Assembly: GCA_049852185.1 (NCBI GenBank)
Contig: CP187540.1
Length of the DNA stretch: 64,000 bases
Source of the DNA: Methanocaldococcus sp. 28A
GTDB taxonomy: Archaea > AGJL01 > Methanococci > Methanococcales > Methanocaldococcaceae
Reading direction: 5' to 3' (one strand)
Shown: piece by piece, positions 19,444-32,963 of the stretch
Layout of the letters: each line of letters starts with the position of its first letter
How positions within the stretch are numbered: the first letter of the stretch is position 1
Notes under the pieces: generated by a model
The model's input: only the letters and a program-made list of their open reading frames with translations
Database searches by the model: none
What the model was told of the DNA's origin: nothing
Translations under genes and position numbers: made by a program

Positions 19444-20862
19444 TCACACAATTATAAATCCTCCAAATGCATCATGTTTTTTATCATTTTTATCTTTATC
19501 TTCTTTTTTATCTTGGTTATAAATATTTTCTGTATCCATTATGTCATCGTTTACTACTATAATAGTGGATTTTATTGAATTTTCTTCAGTTATATTTTTT
19601 GTATTTCTTTCTTTCTGATTGTTGATATTGGAGTTTTTGTCAATCTTGTTAATTTCTAATTTAATCAAAATTTCCTTTATATGGTATTCAAAATCATATA
19701 AAATGTTTAAATAACTTGCATACGCATCAAAAGGTAGGTCAAAGTGACTGAAATAATTATGAACATCCATGTCTCCAAAACATTTAGTGCATTGATAATA
19801 GAAGTTGTCACTTGTTTGTAGAACTTTGTATATCTTATAAATTTCATCAAATTTTCCTAATTTTTTTAATTTACTTTTATTTTCTTTTATAAATTTTCCA
19901 ATATTCTTTAATTTTTCAAAAGATATCATCTGCATCTTATTTCCTAACCATGCACTTACATCTCTTTCAGTATCTGCCCAAGATATTGTAGAGAATTCAT
20001 GCACATAAATTTCTCCTCTCGGCTTTAATCTCTCAACAACTTCACTAGCATTAACAACCTCTAAATGCTCATGCTTAGCTATCTCTATAGGCAAATATCT
20101 TAGAAATTCAAATATTCCAGTTTCTTTCCAGTGATGCTCTCCAAATGTCTCATAGTCCATATAAATGTTTATAACTTCCCCAGGTGTTGAAGCTAACCAT
20201 GTAGCATATTTATCAGCTGTTAAAGGATATTCATTCCAATCTCTTGCTGAAAATCTAAAACCAATATCATCACTCAACCTATAATTCCTCAGCAAAATCT
20301 TCATACCATCTGGTGATTGATATAAATAGTTCGGACTTCTCCAACCCAAAATTTTTTCTATTCCCTCTGTAAATATAGCCTTAAAACCTAAATCTTTTGT
20401 TATTTTTGCAATTCTATTGTTGTATATTAGCTCAGTATTTCTAAATACCTTAGCTTTAAAACCAAACACATCTTTATATAGTTGTTTATGCATCTCAATA
20501 TCTTCAATAAACTCTTCTTCACTTTCAAACAAACTTGATAATGAGTGATGATAAGTTTCGGCAATAAGTTCAACATTTCCAGTTTTTACCAAATCTTTGA
20601 ATAAATCTAACACGTAATCATTAAATTCTAATGCCTGCTCTATAAAAATCCCTGTAATTGAATAATTTACTTTAAAATCATATTCATCAATAAGCTCTAA
20701 CATTAGTTCATTTGCTGGAATGTAGCATTTATTAGCAACCTTATTAAAAATTTCTTTATTTAATTCTGTATCCACATATTTTTCCCATAAGTTATTTCCC
20801 ATTTTAATCTCTTTATTTAATCTGTGTGGCTGATGAACTTCAAAATTAAATGTTATTAACAT
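19444..20862 (-). CDS. GH57 alpha-amylase-type glycoside hydrolase
   Basis: FEVHQP, ETYHHSL, FRNTE, DYETFGEH, SWAD conserved GH57 regions. Confidence 0.92.
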   Translation of the reverse strand: MLITFNFEVHQPHRLNKEIKMGNNLWEKYVDTELNKEIFNKVANKCYIPANELMLELIDEYDFKVNYSITGIFIEQALEFNDYVLDLFKDLVKTGNVELIAETYHHSLSSLFESEEEFIEDIEMHKQLYKDVFGFKAKVFRNTELIYNNRIAKITKDLGFKAIFTEGIEKILGWRSPNYLYQSPDGMKILLRNYRLSDDIGFRFSARDWNEYPLTADKYATWLASTPGEVINIYMDYETFGEHHWKETGIFEFLRYLPIEIAKHEHLEVVNASEVVERLKPRGEIYVHEFSTISWADTERDVSAWLGNKMQMISFEKLKNIGKFIKENKSKLKKLGKFDEIYKIYKVLQTSDNFYYQCTKCFGDMDVHNYFSHFDLPFDAYASYLNILYDFEYHIKEILIKLEINKIDKNSNINNQKERNTKNITEENSIKSTIIVVNDDIMDTENIYNQDKKEDKDKNDKKHDAFGGFIIV

Positions 20863-20880
20863 GCTACCACATCATAAAAT

Positions 20881-22719
20881 TTATGGTAGTATAACATTGT
20901 CATTTTCATATATATAGATAAGGAACATCGCATTACTCCACCCTAAAGGCATTGCAGACATTGGAATGCCAAGGTCTTTATGTATCTGTTCTGGAAACAA
21001 ACCATTAAAACTATATTTAACTGCCCAATCAAATAATTTTTTAGATTTTTGTAAATATATATTAGCTCTATCATCATTTTTCTCTTTTAAAACTTTAGAT
21101 AACCTTCTATAATATAGAGAAAGCCATATTGTGGTTATAATCCATGGATTACCTCCAAAGTATATATCTCCTGGATACCTTCCAATTCCTCCAACTTTGT
21201 ATTTGAATGCCTTTTCAATTGCGTTGGCTGTTTTTATCATCCTTTCATCATCAACATCAATTAAATTGAAAGGATAACTTAAACCCAAAATGCTTGTATC
21301 TATCTCTTTATTTACTGGATTTATTGATTTAATAAATCTACCTTCCTCTTCTAAATAAAATCTCTTTGAAGTTTCATATTTTAAGAATTCAAGTGTCTTT
21401 TCCCAATGTTTAACATCATCCCTTTTATCAACTGCCTTACTCATGCTGTAAGCACATTTCAACCCTGCGTAGATAGCTCCCATCGTATATGCAAAAACTC
21501 CAAATTTTTCTTCCCATAAATCAAAACATGGCGTGAAGTTTAAAGCAGCCGAATTTAAATAATTTCCAGCCTTTTCAATAGTCTCCCAGTATCTCTTAAC
21601 AAATTTTCTATCTCCACTTAATCTATAATGCACATCCATAGCCCATAACACAGAGCCTACTTGGTCTATTTGCATAGCAGTTAATCTTGGTTTTCCATTA
21701 ACATAATAGTTTTGTAGCCAAGAACCATCAGCATTTTGAATTTTAGCCATGAATTCAAAAAATCTTACGGGAATTCCTCTAATTCCAAATAAATCTAATG
21801 CAATTGCCATATAACTTCCATCCCTCCCCCATACATACCTATAATCAGGATACAAAGAAGGAGAGGCGATAATTCCTCCATCTTTATCACATAACATTAA
21901 GAGAGTCATTAATGCCCTTTTGGCTATGGAGAGAATATCTTTATTTGAACTAAATTCAGGATGAATAAATCTTTTTATGTCTCCTATAATATTTTTCCAA
22001 TAATTCATTGATAAATCTATAATATGCTCATAGTTATTCATTATAATCTTTAGTTGTTCAGTAATTATCTCAAAGTTTCCATCAAATTTTTTCGGAAGTA
22101 TATAAATGCTAAATGCAACACTTTTCTTTTCATCAATTCTTATATTCCAAGATATGGCACTATCAGTCATTAACCCATAGCTTTCTTTATGCTCCTTTAG
22201 AATTCCATTTTCAATATCTATGTATGCACTATTTTTGCTGTATCTATTTCCACACTGAAATGAATCTATCTTTTTATTACTTCCTATACAAAAAACGTAT
22301 TTTTCATCATACTTAACAATACATCCATCTTCTAAAAATCTTACAGTATTTTCTGAAGGATTTTCTCCAATTCTCAAATTTTCATAAAAAAATAATTTAA
22401 AATTCAATTTTTTATCAAGTTTATTTTTTATATGTAATCTTCTAATGATTACATTATGAGAAACTGGAACAAAATCTTTAATTGTCAATATAATTTTATC
22501 ATCTTCTAATATGGTTTTGAGTATATTTGTGCCTTCAATATATTTTTGAGATATGTTCCAATCATCATCCCAATGCCATTTTACTTTATTATCATAAATT
22601 GCCAATGCAGAGTCAAAGAAGTGAGTTTCATAACCCACATGTGGATAAAAAATGTAGCTAATTTCTCCATAATCTCCAATTTTAGCTAATAAACTGTTAT
22701 TACCTACTACTCCACTCAT
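20881..22719 (-). CDS. GH15 glucoamylase-type glycoside hydrolase
   Basis: DYRYVWGRDG, DLWEE, PEQ..PLGWS motifs. Confidence 0.92.
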   Translation of the reverse strand: MSGVVGNNSLLAKIGDYGEISYIFYPHVGYETHFFDSALAIYDNKVKWHWDDDWNISQKYIEGTNILKTILEDDKIILTIKDFVPVSHNVIIRRLHIKNKLDKKLNFKLFFYENLRIGENPSENTVRFLEDGCIVKYDEKYVFCIGSNKKIDSFQCGNRYSKNSAYIDIENGILKEHKESYGLMTDSAISWNIRIDEKKSVAFSIYILPKKFDGNFEIITEQLKIIMNNYEHIIDLSMNYWKNIIGDIKRFIHPEFSSNKDILSIAKRALMTLLMLCDKDGGIIASPSLYPDYRYVWGRDGSYMAIALDLFGIRGIPVRFFEFMAKIQNADGSWLQNYYVNGKPRLTAMQIDQVGSVLWAMDVHYRLSGDRKFVKRYWETIEKAGNYLNSAALNFTPCFDLWEEKFGVFAYTMGAIYAGLKCAYSMSKAVDKRDDVKHWEKTLEFLKYETSKRFYLEEEGRFIKSINPVNKEIDTSILGLSYPFNLIDVDDERMIKTANAIEKAFKYKVGGIGRYPGDIYFGGNPWIITTIWLSLYYRRLSKVLKEKNDDRANIYLQKSKKLFDWAVKYSFNGLFPEQIHKDLGIPMSAMPLGWSNAMFLIYIYENDNVILP

Positions 22720-22748
22720 ATAAATCACGCTATTAAAAATTAAGGTTT

Positions 22749-22961
22749 TTATTTCAGTTTAATAACCCACTTTTTATCATCTTTCAATATAGATATTTTG
22801 TCTTCTCTTGCTAACCATCCAATAGCCATTTTCACAATATTGGAATTATAACCTTCTTTTTTAAGAGCTTTTTCTATTTGAGATAAACTCTTTTCCCCTT
22901 TTTCTAATAAATGGTAGATTCTTCCAGCAGTTTCACCAATTTTTCCCCACATATCTTGCAT
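22749..22961 (-). CDS. Small winged-helix protein (DUF2582-like)
   Basis: IGETAGRIYHLL...AIGWLAREDKI signature. Confidence 0.85.
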   Translation of the reverse strand: MQDMWGKIGETAGRIYHLLEKGEKSLSQIEKALKKEGYNSNIVKMAIGWLAREDKISILKDDKKWVIKLK

Positions 22962-22965
22962 TTTA

Positions 22966-24138
22966 TCACCTCATCATCATTTCCATAGCTATTTTATAAA
23001 CATTTACTGTCTCTTTAGCTATATTATCCCAGCTATATTTTTCATAGACTTCTTTTTTGGCATTATTAACTATATACTCTCTAAAACTAAAATCTGATAA
23101 AACCCTATCAACACCCCAAGCAATTGAGTCTGGATTTTTTGGATAAACCCAAACACCATTGACCTCATGCTTTATAATTTCTCTCAACCCTCCCACTGAG
23201 CTAACAACCACAGGTGTGCCAGCAGCCATAGCCTCTAAGGCAACAATTCCAAAGGGCTCATAAACTGATGGAATTACAACAACGTCTGCTGATTTATAGA
23301 GTTTTTTTAACATATTTTCATTAACAAATCCTAAAAAAACTACTTTATGCCTAATACCTAATTGATAACATAAATCTTCTAAATAATTTCTCATATCTCC
23401 ATTTCCAGCTATAACTAATTTTGCATTATACTTTTGAAGAATTTTAGGCATTGCTCTTATTAAATACTCTACACCTTTTTGATATGTTAATCTTCCAACG
23501 AACAAAATCATTTTTTCGCTATCTTGAACTCCAATGCTTTTTCTAAAATTTAATATCTCTTCCCAACTTAAATTAATATCAAATTCCCATGGATTTATGC
23601 CGTTATAAATTACTTTAACTTTATCTTCTGGAGTATTAAATGTTGAGCAGATTTCTTCCTTTAAAGAATGACTTACAGTTATTACTTGGCATGATTCATA
23701 GGTTGAAAGATATTCTATTGTATGTATAGCTTTTGAGTCATCTGAATACAATCCTCCACATCTCCCAATCTCTGTGCTGTGTATTGACTGAACATACGGC
23801 ATTTTACATGAATGCTTTAAATTAGCCCCTACAAAATGTGTCATCCAATCATGACAGTGGATAACATCATAATTATCAATTCCTAAGATTCCTAACTTCT
23901 TTTCCATTTCTTCAGCCATAAATATTGCCCAAGTTAAAAAATGCGGATGGACTATTGGTTTAACTCTATAGACATTTACTCCATTTAAATTTTCATAATC
24001 AGGTAACTCATAACCAACAGTTATAACATCCACTTCATGCCCATTTCTAACTAAACCCTCTGCTAAGCCTTTACAATGAATAGCTAAACCTCCTATTATT
24101 CTTGGAGGATATTCCCATGTTATCATTGCAATTTTCAT
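22966..24138 (-). CDS. GT4 glycosyltransferase (glycogen cluster)
   Basis: WEYPP..GGL, HCHDW, EPFGIVALEAMA. Confidence 0.9.
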   Translation of the reverse strand: MKIAMITWEYPPRIIGGLAIHCKGLAEGLVRNGHEVDVITVGYELPDYENLNGVNVYRVKPIVHPHFLTWAIFMAEEMEKKLGILGIDNYDVIHCHDWMTHFVGANLKHSCKMPYVQSIHSTEIGRCGGLYSDDSKAIHTIEYLSTYESCQVITVSHSLKEEICSTFNTPEDKVKVIYNGINPWEFDINLSWEEILNFRKSIGVQDSEKMILFVGRLTYQKGVEYLIRAMPKILQKYNAKLVIAGNGDMRNYLEDLCYQLGIRHKVVFLGFVNENMLKKLYKSADVVVIPSVYEPFGIVALEAMAAGTPVVVSSVGGLREIIKHEVNGVWVYPKNPDSIAWGVDRVLSDFSFREYIVNNAKKEVYEKYSWDNIAKETVNVYKIAMEMMMR

Positions 24139-24249
24139 AATATCATCATAAAGTTTGTGGTAAGGTTTATATAATTTCTTATAAAAAATTAAATACTATA
24201 TAGTATAAAATATGATAGCTAATAAATAATATAAAAACATTGTGATACT

Positions 24250-25815
24250 ATGAAAATAGCTATTATTGCTCCAACGATAACTCCAATTGTTTCTTATGGA
24301 GGATTGGGAGATGTAATGAGAGATTTGCCAAAATTTTTAAAAAAAGATAATGATGTTTTAGTTTTAACACTCAACCATTATAATAGATACAATAATCTTC
24401 CCCATGAAATTATCAAGAAAATAACAGTTGTCTATAAGGGTTCTAAGATTAAATTTGATATTTTAAAAACAAAACATCCAACAACAGGAGTTGATTTAAT
24501 TGTATTTAGTAATGAAAGCGTTAATAATTTAAATGTTTGGGATGCTATTAAGTACGAAATTTTTGCTGACTTAATTGTAAGTTATTTGGATGATATAAAA
24601 GATGTTGATGTTGTATCTGGACATGATTGGATGTGTGGTTTAGCTATAGCCAAATGTAAAGATATCTTAGATTTGCCCACTACTCTAACTATACATAATG
24701 AAGCATTTAAGGGGGAGGTTGTTGAGTATAAAGGAGAAGTTTTGACTCTTTTAGAGTTGGGAATAAAATATGCCGATGCCGTTAATACTGTAAGCCCTAC
24801 ACATGCTGAAGAGATAAAAAACTGCCAATATATAAAGAAATATTTAGATAATAAACCCTTTGTTGGAATTTTAAATGGTATTGACATTGAGGAATACGAC
24901 CCTATAAGAATAATGGATAGAATGATAATTCTTTCAAATAACAAACTCGACCCAAGAAACTATGCCTATATCTCCCCCTACTCAGCTGAAGATGCCCATA
25001 ATATAAAGCCAAAAATAAAATACTCATGGTTTTATAAGGGGGGAGTTTATGAATATGTTGAGGATTGGAATAAAATAATAGATAGAGGTATTTCAGCTAC
25101 TGAAGTTGAAGTATATGGGGGATTAAAAGGAGATATAGAAATTCCACTAATTGGATTCGTTGGAAGAGCCACATATCAGAAAGGATTTAACACGATGTTT
25201 GAAGCAATCCCTGAACTTTTAGAGAAATATGATATAAGATTTGTATTTTTAACAAAGGGAGAGAAAGATATTGAAGACAAACTAAAAAATCTTGCTAATG
25301 AATATGATGGAAAGATTTTAGCTTTAATTGGATATTGCCTTCCATTGTCTTCTTTAGTATTTGCAGGAAGTGATTGGATGGTTATGCCTTCATATTGGGA
25401 ACCGTGTGGTTTAGTGCAGATGGAGGCTATGGCTTATTGCACTCCGGTTATAGCTACAGAAACTGGGGGTTTAAAAGATACTATAATTCCTTTACATCAT
25501 AATCCTTATGAGCATCCAAACTTTGATAAGGCAACAGGCGTTTTATTTAAGATTCCAGATAAAATTGGATTCATATGGGGAGTTGAGCATGCATTAAATT
25601 GGACATTTTATAAACTTAATGAAATATGTATGTTTATACAGTATGTAAGATACAAATGCCCTAAGCATCCTTATGATGAAAATGCTCCTCTCCCTATGAT
25701 GATGAAAAACTGCTACTATCATGTACTTAGAAACTTAAGTTGGCAGAATTCTCCATCTATAAGAAAATATAAAGGTTTATTTGGTGGGGCAATTTACAAT
25801 CATTATCTAAAATGA
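24250..25815 (+). CDS. glgA: Glycogen synthase (GT5)
   Basis: GGLGDV, HDW, TIHN, EPCGLVQMEAM, TGGLKDT. Confidence 0.88.
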   Translation: MKIAIIAPTITPIVSYGGLGDVMRDLPKFLKKDNDVLVLTLNHYNRYNNLPHEIIKKITVVYKGSKIKFDILKTKHPTTGVDLIVFSNESVNNLNVWDAIKYEIFADLIVSYLDDIKDVDVVSGHDWMCGLAIAKCKDILDLPTTLTIHNEAFKGEVVEYKGEVLTLLELGIKYADAVNTVSPTHAEEIKNCQYIKKYLDNKPFVGILNGIDIEEYDPIRIMDRMIILSNNKLDPRNYAYISPYSAEDAHNIKPKIKYSWFYKGGVYEYVEDWNKIIDRGISATEVEVYGGLKGDIEIPLIGFVGRATYQKGFNTMFEAIPELLEKYDIRFVFLTKGEKDIEDKLKNLANEYDGKILALIGYCLPLSSLVFAGSDWMVMPSYWEPCGLVQMEAMAYCTPVIATETGGLKDTIIPLHHNPYEHPNFDKATGVLFKIPDKIGFIWGVEHALNWTFYKLNEICMFIQYVRYKCPKHPYDENAPLPMMMKNCYYHVLRNLSWQNSPSIRKYKGLFGGAIYNHYLK

Positions 25816-25831
25816 TGTTATGAGGGGAAAT

Positions 25832-28418
<2,587 letters not shown>

Positions 28419-28429
28419 AGAAAAATATT

Positions 28430-29017
28430 TTACTCAGGAACATTGGTAGTTTCTTCACCTTCTTTTTTTTCTCCTATTTTTTCTAATTTTGCTAATGCTA
28501 ATCTAATACCTTCTTCAATTTCATCTGAAAAGATATTTCCAATATTTATTAATACAATAACACCCCAAATAACCAATATTATTAAGACAATTCCTGCTAT
28601 AACCGGAGACATTCCAGCCATTATTGGTAAGAAGAATAGATAAGCAATTATTGCCACTATCAAATACGCTAAACCTCTTAAACCTCTTCTATATCTTTTT
28701 AACTTATCGGCTGTTGTTCTCTCTCCAGATATTTTTGAAGCAATTATATCTGCAACTCCATCCATCAATTCTCCAAAATCTTTAACTATCTTTAAGAATA
28801 TATAAACCAATGCTATAAAGACTATTGCTGAAATAATTGGTTTTAAAGCTGTTAATCCAAATAAATATGGATTCCCAAGCATATCAGCAATAGGTATAAA
28901 AACTAGTACACCAAATAGCCATATTAATCCTGCAATGACTAACCTTATTATTATTTGTGGAATATTCTCTTTTAATTTTAATATACCTTCTTTAAACAAT
29001 TTTTCAGAATTGTTCAT
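28430..29017 (-). CDS. Hypothetical membrane protein (about 4 TM helices)
   Basis: Four hydrophobic segments, typical codon usage, GGTGG RBS. Confidence 0.8.
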   Translation of the reverse strand: MNNSEKLFKEGILKLKENIPQIIIRLVIAGLIWLFGVLVFIPIADMLGNPYLFGLTALKPIISAIVFIALVYIFLKIVKDFGELMDGVADIIASKISGERTTADKLKRYRRGLRGLAYLIVAIIAYLFFLPIMAGMSPVIAGIVLIILVIWGVIVLINIGNIFSDEIEEGIRLALAKLEKIGEKKEGEETTNVPE

Positions 29018-29124
29018 ATTTTTCCACCATATATCTTCTTTAACTTTTTTTAAGTTATTTCCACTATACCTACTATTATTTTTAATATTTATACTTTAGT
29101 CTAAGATAAGAGTGTGTCTAAAAT

Positions 29125-29708
29125 AGGACTTACATACGATACCTCTCTTTACTATAGCCTTATTACCTCTTTTCGTTTTCTTTATTATTGGCTTGTAGTT
29201 GAATTTAACTAACTATTTTATTTAGAGTATCCTTGTCATCGTATTCCTCATCATCATAATATCCTTCTCCATAAGCAAACTCAAACTTCGATTTGTCTAA
29301 CCCTATAGATATTGAAAATAATGTTTTATTTTCTGAATCGTAACGAGTTATAGCATGTATTTTTATCAATTCTCCTGCTTTATTCGAAAACTTTGTTGAG
29401 TCGATAAATGTCTTCTCATAATCGAGACTCCATAATTTCCTAAGAATTTGATTTATTATCGATATAATATAGTTATTTAGTTTCTTTTCCCAGTAATGGA
29501 TTACTAAAAGTTAATTCTAACTCTAAAAACTCTACTAAGCTTTCTATAGCTCTTAACGATACCCCTAAAAACTCCCCCTTAACAACAGAAACTTTAAGTA
29601 ATAGTTCGATAGTATATTTTCTTGGCTTTAATTCCTTAGGTAATATCTCCTATCACGTCATCAAAAACCTCTAATATCTCGTTTATATTATCTATCTTCG
29701 TGTCTCAT
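29125..29708 (-). pseudogene. Decayed IS5/IS4-like DDE transposase
   Basis: Frameshifted pieces: ELKPRKYTIELLLKV..GVSLRAIES; HYWEKKL..TFIDSTKF..LIKIHAI..EEYDD (open frame 29205-29498); NYKPIIKKTKR. Visibly CpG-rich relative to neighbours. Confidence 0.7.
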
Positions 29709-29789
29709 CTTTTCGCTACTATATTTTTTATTTTGTTATTATTTAGATATAACTCGCTCTATCCGTAAGATTTAAATATCTTTGGAATA

Positions 29790-29910
29790 TATAGTAGTGT
29801 GTAAAACTATCTTAATTAAAATAAGGTATTAATGAATGTCTTTCTTTTGGAAGGCATCTAAGTTATCCTTATACCTTATAAAAGTTTATTTCATTTTGCA
29901 CACAACTATA
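29790..29910. repeat. Palindromic repeat family B
   Basis: TATAGTAGTGTGTAAAA ... TTTTGCACACAACTATA with internal hairpin. Confidence 0.88.
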
Positions 29911-30036
29911 ATTAATACTGCTATTGCTCTTGGATTATAACCTGGTCTCCCAGTTTTATTGTTCTTTAATCTATATGAGGGTTCTTCATAACTTAGTATT
30001 AGTTATAATGGCCATCTTTCATTATTTTCAATTCAT
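29911..30036 (-). pseudogene. 5' fragment of a second transposase-like gene, cut by the family B repeat
   Basis: AGGTGA RBS + ATG 30036 followed by stops; peptide YRLKNNKTGRPGYNPRAIAVLII has the GRPxYxP motif of IS5/IS1182 N-termini. Confidence 0.55.
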
Positions 30037-30231
30037 ATCTATTCACCTCTTCTTTATTTTTGTTATCATCATTTATACACTTGTTCAAACTCCACTTAAC
30101 TAAAATTTTTTTTAATTTGTATTGGAATATTAAATTACCTAATAGCTTCCATTAGTTAGTTTAAGAATATATATTTTTATAGTTATCCTCCTAACTAATT
30201 GATTGTAACTTCTATTCTGGGAGGTGAATAT

Positions 30232-32205
30232 ATGTCCCCAAGAATTGGGGTATTTGTCTGTTACTGTGGAGCAAACATTAATGGTGTTGTAGATTGTGAA
30301 GCAGTAAGAGATTTTGCTGAAAAATTAGATGGAGTAGTTGTAGCTAAGACATATCCTTTTATGTGTGCTGACCCAGGACAAAACTTGATTAAAGAAGCAA
30401 TAAAAGAATACAACCTTGACAGAGTTGTTGTTGCTGCATGTACACCAAAAATTCATGAACCTACTTTTAGAAATTGTATAAAAGAAGCAGGATTATCTCC
30501 ATATTATTTGGAGTTTATTAACATTAGAGAACACTGTTCTTTCGTTCACATGAACGAAAGAGAAAAAGCTACTAAAAAAGCTATGGAGTTGGTTGCTGGT
30601 GGAGTTGAGAGAGCTAAGAGATTGGAAGATGTCCCACAAAAAATTGTGGAGGTTGATAAATCCTGTTTAATTATTGGAGGAGGTATTGCTGGAATTCAGG
30701 CGGCTCTTGACTTAGGAGACCAAGGTTATAAGGTATATTTAGTAGAAAAAGAGCCATCAATTGGAGGAAGAATGGCTCAGCTTGCTAAGACATTCCCAAC
30801 TGATGACTGTGCGCTGTGAATTTTGGCCCCAAAGATGGTTAACGTTGCAAACCACCCCAATGTTGAGCTCATAACCTACGCTGAAGTTAAAAATGTTGAA
30901 GGATACATTGGAAACTTTGAAGTTACAATTGAGAAGAAACCAAGATATGTTGATGAAAATATCTGTACTGGATGTGGAGCTTGTGCAGCTGTTTGTCCAA
31001 TTGAAGTACCAAACGAGTTTGATTTAGGTTTAGGTACAAGAAAAGCCATATATGTCCCATTCGCACAGGCTGTTCCATTAGTTTATACAATTGATATGGA
31101 CCACTGTATAAGATGTGGTTTATGTGAAAAAGCTTGTGGTCCTGGAGCTATAAGATACGACCAAAAACCTGAAGAAATCAAGTTAAGGGTTGGAACAATT
31201 ATCTGTGCAGTAGGTTATGATGAATTTGACTGCACACTAAAAGAAGAGTATGGTTATGGTGTCTATGACAACGTCATAACTACATTAGAATTAGAGAGAA
31301 TGATTAACCCAGCAGGACCTACAGGAGGGCATGAAATAAGACCAAGTGACGGAAAGCATCCACACAGAGTTGTATTTATCCAATGTGTTGGTTCAAGAGA
31401 TGCCACAGTTGGAAAGCATTACTGTTCAAGAATTTGTTGTATGTTCGCATTAAAGAATGCTCAATTACTTAAGCAGCATGACCCAAGCACTGAAGTTTAT
31501 ATCTGCTACATGGATATTAGGGCATTTGGTAAAGGATATGAAGAGTATTACAGAAGAGCTCAGGAGCAGTTTGGAGTTAAGTTTATTAGGGGAAGACCAG
31601 CCTGTATAATGGAAGACCCAGAGACTAAGAACTTAATTGTTAGAGTAGAAGATACATTGTTAGGAGAAATTGTAGAGATTGAGGCAGATTTAGTTGTATT
31701 GTCAGCTGGTTTATCTCCAAGACCTGACAATCCAAAATTAGCTAAAATGCTTGGTTTAGAATTAAGTCCTGATGGGTTCTTTAAAGAACTCCATCCAAAA
31801 TTAGCTCCTGTTAATACAAAAGTTGATGGTATAGCAATTGCTGGAGTAGCTCAAGGACCAAAGGATATTCCAGACACAGTAGCTCAAGCTAAAGGGGCAG
31901 CAAGTGCTGTTTCAATACCAATGGCTCAGGGGCAGTTTAAGATAGAAATGATTAGGGCTATTGTTGATGAAGAAGTCTGCGGAGGCTGTAAGGTCTGTGC
32001 TAAGATGTGTCCATACAACGCTATAAAATATGTAGAGAAAGATGGACACTTAGTAGCTCAAGTCAATGATGTAGCTTGTAAGGGATGTGGTTCATGTGCA
32101 GGAGCATGTCCAAGTGGTGCAATGCAGTTGAGATACTATAGAGATGAGCAAATAATTTCATTCATTGATGGAGTGTTAGAAGCTCACCAAAAGTTAGAAG
32201 GATAA
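30232..32205 (+). CDS. hdrA: Heterodisulfide reductase subunit A, selenoprotein (Sec at TGA 30817-30819), 657 aa
   Basis: Two track ORFs join in frame across [15 protein letters not shown] where homologues have Cys; FAD GGGIAG and ferredoxin motifs; GGAGGTGA RBS. Confidence 0.96.
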
Positions 32206-32279
32206 AAACTTTGGGATAATGCACAGGCCCCATATCTAAAAATGAGCGCTTAACCATTGGAAAAAGATAAATCAGATGA

Positions 32280-32313
32280 GGCACTACCCTAAGGTATTTA
32301 TTAGGGTAGTGCT
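32280..32313 (+). promoter_or_regulatory. Atypical hdrA SECIS-like hairpin
   Basis: GGCACTACCC-TAA-GGT-ATTT-ATT-A-GGGTAGTGCT: SECIS position and geometry, but UAA instead of GAA. Confidence 0.65.
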
Positions 32314-32434
32314 GATGTAGACACGTCTTTCTAACTTATTAAAAAATTTTAATTTTATTAAAAAATTTAATTTTCATTATTACTCCTCAAATTGCATCAA
32401 ATTTGAATAAAATTAATACTTTGAGGGATTAGTT

Positions 32435-32839
32435 ATGGAACCTGTAATAATTGCTTTCTGTTGCTATCAATGAGGTTATGGGGCTGCTGATTTAGCAGGG
32501 ACAAGTAGAATGCAATACCCTGCAACCGTAAGAATCGTCAGGCTCCCTTGCACCGGTAAATTTGATATTACATATGCTTTAAGAGCTTTCCAAAAGGGAG
32601 CCGACGGAGTTATGGTTGTAGGGTGAAAGAAAGGAGAGTGTGCTTACGAAGCAGGTAATTTAAAAGCTGAGGAGAGGGTTAGGTTTGTTAAAGAATTATT
32701 GGATGAATTAGGAATTGGCGGAGACAGGATTGGAATATACTTCATGTCAGCTGCTGAGGCTGACAAATTTGTCTCCGCCGTTAATGAAATGACTAAAAAA
32801 ATCCAAAAACTCGGACCTAACCCTCTCAAAGCTCAATAA
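32435..32839 (+). CDS. vhuD: F420-non-reducing hydrogenase subunit D, two Sec (TGA 32471-73 and 32624-26), 134 aa; absent from ORF track
   Basis: MEPVIIAFCCYQ-U-GYGAADLAG...RLPCTGK...GVMVVG-U-KKGECAY...LGPNPLKAQ. Confidence 0.96.
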
Positions 32840-32860
32840 AGCCGGAGATTAAAGGGATGA

Positions 32861-32894
32861 GTTCTCTCGGGAACCCATAAGGGACCGAGAGAAC
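32861..32894 (+). promoter_or_regulatory. Archaeal SECIS element (vhuD)
   Basis: GTTCTCTCGG-GAA-CCC-ATAA-GGG-A-CCGAGAGAAC canonical GAA/A hairpin. Confidence 0.95.
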
Positions 32895-32963
32895 AACCGC
32901 CCCTATGTGAGGGGTTCTCCGGCTTTTACAAAATTTAATTTAAACTTTCTTAGGGTGATTACC

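Noticed and set aside
24139-24249. TGM-like (TATCAC-N5-GTGATA) glycolytic operator
   Set aside because: Only isolated half-sites, not correctly spaced
32644-32829. 61-aa minus-strand ORF
   Set aside because: Antisense shadow of vhuD
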